A stretch of 64,000 nucleotides of DNA. Source: a virus. The notes beneath the pieces are model-generated. The model had not been told where the DNA came from, did not search any database, and saw nothing but the letters and a program-made list of their open reading frames with translations. Shown one piece after another: positions 29,224 to 39,200 of this stretch; position 1 is the first letter of the stretch, and each line of letters begins with the position of its first letter. The DNA lies in IMG/VR virus record IMGVR_UViG_3300025154_000069, positions 1 to 64,000 of that record; one strand, given 5' to 3'. The translations under genes and the position numbers were made by a program.

Positions 29224-29606
29224 TGATAATAAAGACAGGGTTGACATATGACTTCACACTAACAAATGGTAAATTCACGATGAAAACCGGGAAGGATAAG
29301 GTGGATGCGGATATGAAGATGCTCTACATGTTCTTTGGTTGGTTCCGAATTTTCCTTCAAGACTATTGTGTAAATATTTATTTTTTCTTCAATAAGCATA
29401 ACAGCTTTATTTATCGGTATGCCGACATAATGAAGTTAGAAATAACGAGGGCGGTGGATAAGTATCTTACTTTTGTAAGGCTTGAAAAGGTTAATATTTT
29501 TAAAGAGGTGGCGAATAAAAAAGAATTGACATTTGATACAACGTATACATACACGTTAAATACAACGGTGGATAAGAATAGGGTAGTATTTAAAAAAATA
29601 ATTTAA
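29214..29606 (+). CDS. Baseplate wedge or sheath initiator (gp25-like)
   Basis: Size and synteny; EITRAVDKY..VRL. Confidence 0.55.
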   Translation: MELMIIKTGLTYDFTLTNGKFTMKTGKDKVDADMKMLYMFFGWFRIFLQDYCVNIYFFFNKHNSFIYRYADIMKLEITRAVDKYLTFVRLEKVNIFKEVANKKELTFDTTYTYTLNTTVDKNRVVFKKII

Positions 29607-29612
29607 GAAATC

Positions 29613-29966
29613 ATGGCACAGGTAAAAGAATACACAAGAAGGACAAAAAAGGGTAAAATAATTACCGTAAGGTCACACAGCAGAGCTGGTGGTGGAAAGA
29701 GTGGTGGAAAGAGTGGAAGTGGCAGTAAAAAACCAAGTACCTTTGCTAAAAGGAGAGCATTTATAGATACTAAGGGTTCTGGCGGTTTTGAGCGCTCAAG
29801 CTATCAAGGACAGGGGATAAACAAAATGAAGAAGGGTGGGTTTGGTAAAATTAGAAGCTCTAAAAATGTTGGTGCAAGGGAACTTTTATACCAATACCCA
29901 AAAAGCACAAAAAAAACAAAGCAACTTATGAGAACCAATTTAGTTAGGGCAGAATTGAGGGGCTAA
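29613..29966 (+). CDS. Small highly basic protein A
   Basis: MAQVKEYTRRTKKGKIITVRSHSR; K/R/G/S-rich. Confidence 0.75.
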   Translation: MAQVKEYTRRTKKGKIITVRSHSRAGGGKSGGKSGSGSKKPSTFAKRRAFIDTKGSGGFERSSYQGQGINKMKKGGFGKIRSSKNVGARELLYQYPKSTKKTKQLMRTNLVRAELRG

Positions 29967-29978
29967 TAAAAAGTAAAA

Positions 29979-30248
29979 ATGCAAAGAGTTAATCCACACA
30001 CAAGAAAAAATACTTTTGTAAGAGGCTATGAAAGAAAGAAACTTACTAAAACGGGGAAGAGTATGGTGGATAGTAAGGTTCATAAGGTGATGCATGAGTT
30101 CAAGTATAAAACTTTGCATTCTTATGGAGGAAGGGGGAAAGTAGGAAAGTTGGTTACAGAAAGACCCCAAGCAATAGCAATAGCATTGAGTGAGGCAAGT
30201 AGGATTAAAGGATTGAATAAGTTTGTTTCAAAGAAATTTAAACGATAA
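29979..30248 (+). CDS. Small basic protein B with DUF6496-like domain
   Basis: VNPHTR..FVRGYER plus KVMHEFK..LHS...VT...QAIAIALSEA. Confidence 0.75.
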   Translation: MQRVNPHTRKNTFVRGYERKKLTKTGKSMVDSKVHKVMHEFKYKTLHSYGGRGKVGKLVTERPQAIAIALSEASRIKGLNKFVSKKFKR

Positions 30249-30433
30249 TGGCACAGGTAAAGGAGTATACCCGTAGAACCAAAAAGGGTAAAACGTGCAG
30301 AGTTGCTTCTCACAACAGAGCATCCGGAGGTAAGATGAAAAATGTTCGGGCAGGTGCAGGTCATACTTTTACACGCCCCAAGATTTCTTATACCCAATCC
30401 GGAAGAGGTTTATTTATGAGCAATAACCGATAA
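30248..30433 (+). CDS. Small highly basic protein C (paralogue of A)
   Basis: First 15 residues MAQVKEYTRRTKKGK identical to protein A. Confidence 0.75.
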   Translation: MAQVKEYTRRTKKGKTCRVASHNRASGGKMKNVRAGAGHTFTRPKISYTQSGRGLFMSNNR

Positions 30434-30434
30434 A

Positions 30435-31943
30435 ATGACTAAGCAAGAAATTATAAATGTTTTCTACACTTATGACGAGGCTACACTTCAAAAGCTGTAT
30501 ATCCTTGCCGAGTGTAATCTTGTTCCACAACAAGACAGTCTTTTAGCGGTTGACTTCGCTACTATTATTGATTCGGTTTTTAAGACGGGTGGGTTAGCTG
30601 ATACCTACTACCCGGAATGGACTGACCGAAGTAGTGGTGACTTTGGAAGATTTCTTGTCGAACTTTTTGCAGTTCTTTCAGACAAGAATTTTTTCTATAT
30701 AAACCACTTTAGCCGTGAGGCACACGCAAGCACGGCTGAACTGTTCAGAAGTTTGTTACAGTTCGCCATAAGCAACAACATTTCGGTGTCAATGAATGAT
30801 GCTGCCGAGTTTACTTCTTCTATTGTTTTTGAGAATGGTGCTGAATACACCTATCCGAGGGGTTCGATAGTTTTAGGCTTGACTAATATTACAGGTCGTA
30901 ATTTCTCCAATAAGACAGCATTCACACTTGCTGCAAATAGCAGTTTACCTGAGCCGGCAAACAATATTGGTTTCATACATGGGGAACTCGAAGAAATAAC
31001 CGGGGCGTTTAATGGCAGGTCAATAATCTTGATAAAGGAAAGCATAATAGCCGACACGGTTGAGTTGGTTGTTGGTTCCGACACTTACACAAGAGTTGAT
31101 TCTTTCTCGGATGGAACGATCACAACCAAACACTTCAAGGTGTTTATAAACTCGTCAGGACAGGCCGAAATAATGTTTGCTGAGGCAGGCTATGGGGTAA
31201 CACCAGAGATAAACGCTACTTACACGGTTTCGTTTTTTGTCGGTGGTGGAACTACAGGGAACTTGTCTGCAAGTGTTCTCAATAAGGTTGTTTCTTGCCC
31301 GGGTAGGCAAATTTTAACCTTCACACAGCCCGAAGCAACAGGGGGTACAGATTTGATGGAGCTTGAAGATTTGAGACATTATGTGATAAATAAGCAAAAG
31401 AATAATGACAGGATGGTTACTAATCCCGATGTAGAGGATATAGTATCAGAACTCGACTTCGTAAAGAGGGTTAAAAGCCAGAATGTTTCCAACTATATTT
31501 TTATCTACGTTGTTACAACAGCAGGAACCTCTTTATCCCCATCACAAGTTACTGCAATAGAAACCCACATATCCGACAAGATATTGATGGGTTACTCTGC
31601 TCTTATCTCTGACCCGCCCTCGGTTCAGATTTATATGGAGGTTGAAATTTATGTTTTACCTTCGATACAATCTGCAAGTGCCGAAGCTCTGGCCGATGAA
31701 ATAATTAAGAATTACTTAATGGCAAATAGAAACGGGGAGTTTGGTGAAGGTGTTAAAAGGGGTAAGTTAGGAACCCTTTTATTGTCTGGAATAGTGAACT
31801 CTCAGAATGTTGTTTTTACAGCCTTGAATGAAGGAACAACTTTATCGGGTAGTCCTAATGATATTTCTGTAGAGCCTAATGAGGTTATTGATTACACAAA
31901 TTCGGCTATAATAATATCGGTAATAGGAGGTGAAAGTGCTTAG
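30435..31943 (+). CDS. Baseplate J / gp6-like wedge protein
   Basis: PEWTD.S.GDFG..LVE, GGGTTGN, ATGGTD, RMVT..D. Confidence 0.85.
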   Translation: MTKQEIINVFYTYDEATLQKLYILAECNLVPQQDSLLAVDFATIIDSVFKTGGLADTYYPEWTDRSSGDFGRFLVELFAVLSDKNFFYINHFSREAHASTAELFRSLLQFAISNNISVSMNDAAEFTSSIVFENGAEYTYPRGSIVLGLTNITGRNFSNKTAFTLAANSSLPEPANNIGFIHGELEEITGAFNGRSIILIKESIIADTVELVVGSDTYTRVDSFSDGTITTKHFKVFINSSGQAEIMFAEAGYGVTPEINATYTVSFFVGGGTTGNLSASVLNKVVSCPGRQILTFTQPEATGGTDLMELEDLRHYVINKQKNNDRMVTNPDVEDIVSELDFVKRVKSQNVSNYIFIYVVTTAGTSLSPSQVTAIETHISDKILMGYSALISDPPSVQIYMEVEIYVLPSIQSASAEALADEIIKNYLMANRNGEFGEGVKRGKLGTLLLSGIVNSQNVVFTALNEGTTLSGSPNDISVEPNEVIDYTNSAIIISVIGGESA

Positions 31944-32673
31944 TTTATCCCAACATATCCCGCCCGGAATACTTGAAAGCCCATATGCTAAAGAACTGAT
32001 AAAATTTTTATCAGTTCTTGAGAGTATAGCTGACGTGGAGATCGAGCAGATACAAGAATATGTAAAATCCTTTAATATTATTACAGCGAGTTTGGAGAAA
32101 ACGAGGGTGTTTGTTGATGATTTTGATGGTGAATATTTATTATCAACATCTAAGAAAGTCTTAGAGACTTTATTTAATAATAAAAAGAAATTCTATAGCA
32201 CACGAGGTACAGAAACTACTCTTATAGATATTCTTGAGTGTTATTTACAGCAATACTCTGGTACGGTTGATTCTTTAACTTACAATATCGGTTATCCGCT
32301 AATACATTTTTCTTCTTTAGACTCAGGCATACTCCCAGAAGGTCAGGATTTAGCGGATGAACTTGGGGGTGCTATGACTCCTACTAAGCTTATTCCTACA
32401 CTCCTTGATGGTTCTTGGTCTAACTATTATAAAACAATAGTTATTGAGCTGTCTGGTGCATCATTTTCGGATTCTTTTTTAAATTTATTGAAATTAGTTA
32501 TATATTTGTTTACTCCATTCTTGGAAGAGTACACTAATATATTTTTACTAATAGCTAACTCTTACACGGTTGAGGATGGTGGAGAAGATTCAGAGCTTTT
32601 AAGCTATCAAGCTGTTGGTGATGGTGGTTTAAACGAAATATTAATTAACAGTAATATTGTTCAAAATGGCTGA
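31930..32673 (+). CDS. Baseplate wedge (P2 gpI / gp7-like)
   Basis: FYSTRGT motif after baseplate J. Confidence 0.65.
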   Translation: MKVLSLSQHIPPGILESPYAKELIKFLSVLESIADVEIEQIQEYVKSFNIITASLEKTRVFVDDFDGEYLLSTSKKVLETLFNNKKKFYSTRGTETTLIDILECYLQQYSGTVDSLTYNIGYPLIHFSSLDSGILPEGQDLADELGGAMTPTKLIPTLLDGSWSNYYKTIVIELSGASFSDSFLNLLKLVIYLFTPFLEEYTNIFLLIANSYTVEDGGEDSELLSYQAVGDGGLNEILINSNIVQNG

Positions 32674-34582
32674 TATAACTATAGAAAATAAACGAAGGAG
32701 AGTAAAAAGACTTACAACGGCAGGGCAAGTTCCTACTGTTCCTGCATCCGATAACCACACAGACGGCACTTGGTTGGTTACTGACTTGTACGAAGGTGAG
32801 TGGTGTCTAAACACAGTTGATAATATTTTGTATTCTCGGTCAGGAAGCAGCATAATAAAGGTGCAGCCTACCCCATACCCAGAGTATTCTACTATCGAGA
32901 GAGATGCACTAACAGGGGTTGCAAATAATTTTCTAATTTTAAACACAGATACAAATACAGTTCAGATGTATCTTGGTGGTGCTTGGTATGACCTCACAGA
33001 AGAACCGCAAGGAGGTGTGATTCCAGACACTCTTGAATTTTGGGATGATTCACAAGTAGACGGAACCAATCTATACTTAATGATTCCAAGAATTACTCGT
33101 AACCCTAATGATGGAACACTTATAACGTGCTATGGTATATATTCATCACACACAACCTCTACCCAATTTTTTTTCTTGAGAAAATCTGTGGATAATGGTA
33201 AAACATGGACAGGATTGGATGGTACAGGTACACAAACAAAGATTACCACTACAGACTATGGTAGGAATTGGACTGCTATGTTTACAAAAACAGGGCGGTT
33301 ATTGGTGTTTTATCAGTATAGAACATCCCCCGATGTTCCGGCAACAAAATCAAAGATACTTTATACAGATGATTTAGGTACTACGTGGTCTACGCCTTAT
33401 GAAATTGTAAATCCAGACATACCTGACATTATATACCAACCTTATTTTTTTGATAATAAGGCTATATATAATGATGAGGGTAACTTAGTTACTCCGTATT
33501 GGGTTAGAGTTATTGAAACAGGAAGATGTGCCGTTTGTTTGGCAGAGAGCACAGATAATGGTGAAACATGGAATCCAGACTATTCGGTTGCCTTTATAAA
33601 CGATACGGGGGATATGAAAGAGTTCGGTGAGCAGTCTATGGTTGACTGTGGTGATGGAATCTTTATAATGATAGCTCGTTTATCCTCTTATGAGAATCCC
33701 GATGGTGACAATGTTCCGGTTATAATGACCTCTAAGGATTATGGAAGAACTTGGGCTAATGGTACGGAAACACTTACTCAGACAAACATAAATAACAAAG
33801 AGCATTTGAGTGGGTATGCCTATTTAGAGGGTGTAGGTAAAACAATGGGTACTGTGGTTAATTCATGCTCTGTTTTACCCCAAATGAATATACTCGAAAT
33901 TCAAGGGGAAAAATGGTTGGCAATTAACTATTGGTTAAGATATGACGGAGTTTCTTATCAAGATTGGAAATTGACACTTATTAATTTAAGAGAGTTTCTT
34001 TTGTTAGGTGTAGATTGTATTAAGACAGATTATGAGTACCTTCCATACATGATACACGATTATGCATATAATGGTGGAACATATGTAAATGGAGGGAATG
34101 GGTGTGCAGAGGTAATAAACAATGAGCTTATTTTAGTCACTTATAATCAGGTTACGTCATACACCACAGGTGGGGAGAGTGAGCTATCATATGCATTTGT
34201 ATCTTCATGTATATTGAATAAAATGGTGGATGCATATAGAGCAACAGGTATTAATACCTATAAGACCATTACGTTTAATGCTACTGAATCTATAATGGAT
34301 CATGGTAAATCTAAGGTTGCACAAATAACACTAACGGCTGATGTTACACTATTAAGTATAGATAATATTCCTGACCAAGATGGGGGTGAGATTGTCATTA
34401 TTCAAGATGGAACGGGTGGGTTTGGGATTACCGCTATAGAAAATTCAGAGCTAACCACAAAGTATATTGACGGTAACCCGCCAATTGCCGCAAATATAAA
34501 TGCAGTGGCAAATGCACACTCTGTTGTAAACTATAAAAGAGTTGGGTTATTTTTGTATGTTACTTATGGAAAATTTTCATAA
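32657..34582 (+). CDS. Tail spike or fibre with Asp-box (BNR, sialidase-like) beta-propeller
   Basis: SVDNGKTW, TDDLGTTW, STDNGETW, SKDYGRTW; fibre-type N-terminus (GEWCLNTVDNILY) and IIQDGTGG C-terminus. Confidence 0.8.
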   Translation: MFKMADITIENKRRRVKRLTTAGQVPTVPASDNHTDGTWLVTDLYEGEWCLNTVDNILYSRSGSSIIKVQPTPYPEYSTIERDALTGVANNFLILNTDTNTVQMYLGGAWYDLTEEPQGGVIPDTLEFWDDSQVDGTNLYLMIPRITRNPNDGTLITCYGIYSSHTTSTQFFFLRKSVDNGKTWTGLDGTGTQTKITTTDYGRNWTAMFTKTGRLLVFYQYRTSPDVPATKSKILYTDDLGTTWSTPYEIVNPDIPDIIYQPYFFDNKAIYNDEGNLVTPYWVRVIETGRCAVCLAESTDNGETWNPDYSVAFINDTGDMKEFGEQSMVDCGDGIFIMIARLSSYENPDGDNVPVIMTSKDYGRTWANGTETLTQTNINNKEHLSGYAYLEGVGKTMGTVVNSCSVLPQMNILEIQGEKWLAINYWLRYDGVSYQDWKLTLINLREFLLLGVDCIKTDYEYLPYMIHDYAYNGGTYVNGGNGCAEVINNELILVTYNQVTSYTTGGESELSYAFVSSCILNKMVDAYRATGINTYKTITFNATESIMDHGKSKVAQITLTADVTLLSIDNIPDQDGGEIVIIQDGTGGFGITAIENSELTTKYIDGNPPIAANINAVANAHSVVNYKRVGLFLYVTYGKFS

Positions 34583-34645
34583 TTGAGTCAATTAAAACAT
34601 ATATAGGTATTAGAATTTTCAGTAATAATGCATTATTTTTAATAG

Positions 34646-35020
34646 GTGATTTATATGGCTACTCCCGCAATTTATAACTTTGAGAATTGGTTTAGGGGTG
34701 ATACCTTTGAAGGTTTTACTTTTACTTTGACCGAGGGTGAAACAGAAGAAACCGCTACGCCTATTGATGTGACAGGTGCTTTAATAAAGATGCAGTTTCG
34801 TCTTGGTGACAAAGATGGGGATATAGGTATAGAAATATCAACACTCGATGGAACCATAGAGATAGTTGACGGAGCAGGAGGCATTATCTACATAAAACCC
34901 TTTGATGTTGTGCTTACCCCTGCTGAGTATTTTTATGATTTACAAATTGTTTTCACAGATGATGTAAAGCTTACTCCATTTCAAGGGGTGGTTATAGTTG
35001 ATAATGATACAACGAAATGA
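34646..35020 (+). CDS. Fibre adaptor (BppU-like Ig fold)
   Basis: RGDT...PIDVTGA..KMQFR...YFYDLQ. Confidence 0.6.
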   Translation: MIYMATPAIYNFENWFRGDTFEGFTFTLTEGETEETATPIDVTGALIKMQFRLGDKDGDIGIEISTLDGTIEIVDGAGGIIYIKPFDVVLTPAEYFYDLQIVFTDDVKLTPFQGVVIVDNDTTK

Positions 35021-36852
35021 GCAATATCTATATAAACATAGTAAGAAATGTTAGGGAGGCTTCAATAAGAGTTGTTAGTGAAGCCAAGAATAAGGTTATC
35101 TTTGTTACGAAAGGAAGGGAGGTTGTCGTTCGTAACAGCGGAACTTACTTGCAATGGAAATATGCGGGGGAGGTTGTGTGGAGAGATATAGTTGCTCTTT
35201 CTGAACTTATGGGAGCCGATGGGAGGGAGGTTGAAATAGGTAACTCTGGAACACATATTGTTTGGAGATACTCTGGTGAGGAAACATGGACTGAAATTGT
35301 TTCCCTCCTCGCTTTAAAAGGAGACCCGGGTGCAGGTATCATATCTGCCGAGTTTTCCGGAGATGATATTTTATTTACTAAGGATGATGATACAACCGTG
35401 TCACTTGTAGGGGCTAAAACTACTTTGGCGGGAACTGATGGAAGAGAAATACAAATGAGGGTTGATTCGGGTTATGTGCAGTACAAGTATGACACCGACA
35501 CCGAGTGGACCACTTTTTTTTTGATTTCTGATTACATACCGTATGTTAAATACACTATAAATTTCAACGAATCGGAAACCGATTGGGGATTCGTGTCTAA
35601 ACATGCCGGCAATATTACGACAGTACAGACTACCAATATCAGTTCTTATACGATAGATAAATTGGCGGTAACATTGCCGAAAGCAGTTGTATTGGACGAT
35701 ACGTACACTGTTCAGATAGTTAAGACAGCACCCGGAACGGCACAGATTGTTTTTAATGTAAAATTGGAAGTGTTCAGTGAAATCAGCACCATCAATTTTA
35801 CGCAGGGGGATGGTAAAAAAACCTATGGCTTATCCAATTCAAGCAAATGTGTTTATAAAGTCAACAATGAATTATTGACGTTGGCTAATTCTTCAGGGCT
35901 TGGAACATGGACGGTTGACCCGTTGGAAACTACAATAGCATTACCGACATTGCCTACGGGGGGGCAATGGGACAGATTGATATATGTCAGGTCGGGCAAA
36001 ATGCTTGTAATGGGGAGCAATCCTGTTAATAGTGCAAATAAATATTTTTGTTATATAAACCCGGATGATTCTGTTGAAAGTTTAACAGGGGTTTTAAATT
36101 CATATAGTAATTTAGTATCCGGTAGTTATACTAAAGACAGGATTTATGTGTCATTTTATGACTATTTGAATGATTATGTGTATATCAATGACACCGTGTA
36201 CGAGGCAACGAATTTAAAAAGACTTGATTTAAACACGAATTTGCTTTACGCTCAAACGGCAGTATTTTCTTTTAGAACGGATTATGCAAAAGAAAAAGTT
36301 GTTTTTAATCCGTACCGAAATTCATTCATTGACCTTGGAGATGTTCAAATAACCCCGTCAGGAGAGAAGTATTTGACATTTATCAATAGAAATGCGCAAT
36401 CAACAAAAAGATGGTACAATAGGAAAACAAAAAGATATTACGATGCGTCTTACAATTCTTTATCCGAGCTTGACCAATATAATAATCAAATAGCGATTTT
36501 AACTGCATCAGGTGTTACCTCCTTGGGAATGACTTATAATTATAGCGTGGATTATGATAATAATATTGCTGTTGTTTGTTCAGCTAACGCATTTGGTGTA
36601 TTCAGATTAGGGAGTATGAATTATGGCAGATTTGCGATTCAAAGCCCCGATTCTGTTACGTCAGCAATAACGAATGGCATGTATGCATATGGTAATTTAC
36701 ACGTCTTATCTGTCGGGACCGGACGTATTTATACTCCATATACAAAGTTACAGTGCATTGACGTTTCATATCCTTTTCTTGCGAATCCAAATTTCAATTA
36801 TTATACATTTCCTTCAACGGTAGTGGATATTTATACTAACAGATTACTATGA
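35017..36852 (+). CDS. Tail fibre or receptor-binding protein
   Basis: Three GRE..(Q/V)(W/Y).Y...W repeats with short collagen-like spacers, beta-rich C-terminus. Confidence 0.7.
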   Translation: MSNIYINIVRNVREASIRVVSEAKNKVIFVTKGREVVVRNSGTYLQWKYAGEVVWRDIVALSELMGADGREVEIGNSGTHIVWRYSGEETWTEIVSLLALKGDPGAGIISAEFSGDDILFTKDDDTTVSLVGAKTTLAGTDGREIQMRVDSGYVQYKYDTDTEWTTFFLISDYIPYVKYTINFNESETDWGFVSKHAGNITTVQTTNISSYTIDKLAVTLPKAVVLDDTYTVQIVKTAPGTAQIVFNVKLEVFSEISTINFTQGDGKKTYGLSNSSKCVYKVNNELLTLANSSGLGTWTVDPLETTIALPTLPTGGQWDRLIYVRSGKMLVMGSNPVNSANKYFCYINPDDSVESLTGVLNSYSNLVSGSYTKDRIYVSFYDYLNDYVYINDTVYEATNLKRLDLNTNLLYAQTAVFSFRTDYAKEKVVFNPYRNSFIDLGDVQITPSGEKYLTFINRNAQSTKRWYNRKTKRYYDASYNSLSELDQYNNQIAILTASGVTSLGMTYNYSVDYDNNIAVVCSANAFGVFRLGSMNYGRFAIQSPDSVTSAITNGMYAYGNLHVLSVGTGRIYTPYTKLQCIDVSYPFLANPNFNYYTFPSTVVDIYTNRLL

Positions 36853-37238
36853 CAGGATTAAAATACGATATCAGTCAAGACGGTTATATCTCCGCATGCG
36901 GTTATATGGATAACCTGCCATATACGGTTGATGAGTCGACACCGTTTCAAACTATACAGGATTCGGCATATTGGAGGCAGGTGAACGGAGAATGGCAAAG
37001 ATATGACCCTACATGGGTGGATGAGAAATTTAATGTTCGGGTTACGATCCCTGCGGATGTGGTATTGATGAATGACATGTATCTGCAATTGAAAGGATGG
37101 GTATTATACCTTGAAACAATCGGAAGGGCTTTATATATCATGATGAACGGTTTTGTAATCATGTATTTTTACGAATTGCTTCCCGAACATGAACAAATTT
37201 TGAGGCAGGATAATAACGTTTTAATCGAATACAAATGA
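36849..37238 (+). CDS. Putative fibre assembly chaperone
   Basis: Follows the fibre gene; YWRQVNGEW motif. Confidence 0.5.
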   Translation: MTGLKYDISQDGYISACGYMDNLPYTVDESTPFQTIQDSAYWRQVNGEWQRYDPTWVDEKFNVRVTIPADVVLMNDMYLQLKGWVLYLETIGRALYIMMNGFVIMYFYELLPEHEQILRQDNNVLIEYK

Positions 37239-37681
37239 AAAATATTTTTAAATTAATTTCCCTATTGGCTGCTATTGTGCTCTCCGCCCCTTTGTTTACA
37301 ATAGCCCTTGTTTTCAACCTATTCCAACTTAGGAAGGGTAAGGTTTTTGTCACATTTTACAGGCTTTTTAAAGAGGTTGTGAACATAGTTTTCGATATCT
37401 TTCTAACCGTTGCCATTATCATAGACAGGCTCGCTAATGTTATTGTAGGTGATCTTATAGAGAGGTGTGTAACAAAAGAAAGAGATACCACCTTCGGGAA
37501 AAATGATTGGACTATATCAGCAAGTCTCGGAAAACTTCAAAGTGAAGTAAAGCTAATAAAATTCGGGGTGAAGTTTGTTCGGTTTATAGACCGCATATTT
37601 GGTAAGTTTCACTGTAGGGATGCCTACAATTTTCGCAAAATGAAAGCAAATTTTGAGGGTAATGCTACCGGTATATCATAA
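37235..37681 (+). CDS. Membrane-associated phage protein
   Basis: Hydrophobic N-terminus; DRLAN...FG....TISA.LGK...HC motif. Confidence 0.6.
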   Translation: MKNIFKLISLLAAIVLSAPLFTIALVFNLFQLRKGKVFVTFYRLFKEVVNIVFDIFLTVAIIIDRLANVIVGDLIERCVTKERDTTFGKNDWTISASLGKLQSEVKLIKFGVKFVRFIDRIFGKFHCRDAYNFRKMKANFEGNATGIS

Positions 37682-37720
37682 AATAATTTAACTTTGGTAA
37701 AAATTTAAAACTAAACTGAT

Positions 37721-37966
37721 ATGGCTACAAAATTATATATTGATACGAATCTGTGCTTTGTGGGGGATAAGTTTTTCCCTAAAGGCCATATAAAGGGTAA
37801 GACATATGAGTCCAACACCAAGATAAGGCTGTGGGATATTTTTGATTCTTCCCCCGATGTTCCCTTGTTTGACGGTCTTGTTACCGAGCTTACAGAATCC
37901 GACGGTACTCCTTATGCTGATTGGTCTGCTGTTAAAGTTGTTTTACAAAGTTTTTTCATTGCTTAA
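37721..37966 (+). CDS. Hypothetical protein
   Basis: ATG ORF after TAACTTTG at 37689. Confidence 0.6.
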   Translation: MATKLYIDTNLCFVGDKFFPKGHIKGKTYESNTKIRLWDIFDSSPDVPLFDGLVTELTESDGTPYADWSAVKVVLQSFFIA

Positions 37967-37976
37967 TACAAATACT

Positions 37977-38414
37977 ATGTGGGAAAAATATTTTTTACTC
38001 ATTTGTTTGATCTTAATAGTTCTTATTAAAGCTATATCTGATGGTTACAGGTATTTATTTGAAACCGAGAAAGAGGAGGTTAAAAGCACTTCCTATGGCT
38101 ATATGTTCCACTTTATGAACTTTGCTGTTTTACTCATACCATTACTTATTATTCCTGCCTTTTTTGTTGGTGGTTTTTTTGAGCCCGTTGATATTCTATG
38201 GCTTGGAGTATCTTTCATTTGCATATACGCAGGTATCTTCGACTTTTTTTATAACTTGGTTGTTGGTAAACACCCTCTATACATAGGTGATACCGCACTA
38301 ACCGATAAAGCTTTGAGGAAGATATTCAGGTCTGCTACCTCAAAAATGTGGTACATGGGATTAAAATTTTTGATTTTTTGTTTAGGTATTCTTATAGTAA
38401 TTGACGTAATGTAA
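37977..38414 (+). CDS. Four-TM membrane protein
   Basis: Hydrophobic helices; FD..YN......YIG.TA..D motif. Confidence 0.65.
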   Translation: MWEKYFLLICLILIVLIKAISDGYRYLFETEKEEVKSTSYGYMFHFMNFAVLLIPLLIIPAFFVGGFFEPVDILWLGVSFICIYAGIFDFFYNLVVGKHPLYIGDTALTDKALRKIFRSATSKMWYMGLKFLIFCLGILIVIDVM

Positions 38415-38421
38415 CAGTACA

Positions 38422-39195
38422 ATGGAAGAAACACAAGGATTTTTTGATATAATTAAAGAGGCGTTTGCTCATGGGTATTGGAAGGGAGTTCTAATCCTAA
38501 TAGTTGTCATGCTTTTCTTTATCCTGTATAAGACTTTACAGGACTCTGACATAAAACAGGCTATAAGAGATTGGTTTAGACGAAAGACGTACTCTTTCAA
38601 CGAGGCCAAGCTCAACAGTCACCCATACTTTCAAAGTCAACCAAAATTAAAATATAAGGTCTGCAATTTAAACTTCCCTAATGCACAATATAAAACTCTA
38701 ATCTTTAGAGTTTTGCTTGGTACGGAGCTATCGGTCGGTATGGAGGTTGTTAAAGAATTTGTTACCCATGACTTTAAGAAGGTTACCGCAGATGAGTTGT
38801 TTACTAAACAGATTGAACTTCTTGAATCGGCTAAGAAAAACTTCGACACAAAGGTTATCCCTGAGCTTGAAAGTGTTTGTGAAAGAGAGTTGGCTGCTCT
38901 TCTTACTTATGATGATGCTTTAGCTAAAAAATCCAAGTGTGCGAGGGAAATATTCCACTATGTTATGTATACAACCAATGGTTATGATGCTGCACGAAAC
39001 AGGAGAACAGAGTTGTTGGTTGAAAATATGGAGATGCTTAGAGATAGCATAACCTTTCAATCAAGCAACGAGCGTAATTATTTCTTTTTGGAAATCCTTA
39101 GTTCTTTCACAAGTCAAGCTATTCTAAGAGCTGAACAAGATTTTAGAGGCTTTAATGGTGAGATTGAAAAGATTTTTGCAAACAGTTTAAAATAA
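38422..39195 (+). CDS. Single-TM protein, possible holin or lysis regulator
   Basis: N-terminal TM segment plus soluble helical domain. Confidence 0.45.
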   Translation: MEETQGFFDIIKEAFAHGYWKGVLILIVVMLFFILYKTLQDSDIKQAIRDWFRRKTYSFNEAKLNSHPYFQSQPKLKYKVCNLNFPNAQYKTLIFRVLLGTELSVGMEVVKEFVTHDFKKVTADELFTKQIELLESAKKNFDTKVIPELESVCERELAALLTYDDALAKKSKCAREIFHYVMYTTNGYDAARNRRTELLVENMEMLRDSITFQSSNERNYFFLEILSSFTSQAILRAEQDFRGFNGEIEKIFANSLK

Positions 39196-39200
39196 ACAAA

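Noticed and set aside
29613-30433. Phage-encoded ribosomal proteins
   Set aside because: Basic composition only; no ribosomal protein family motif recognised
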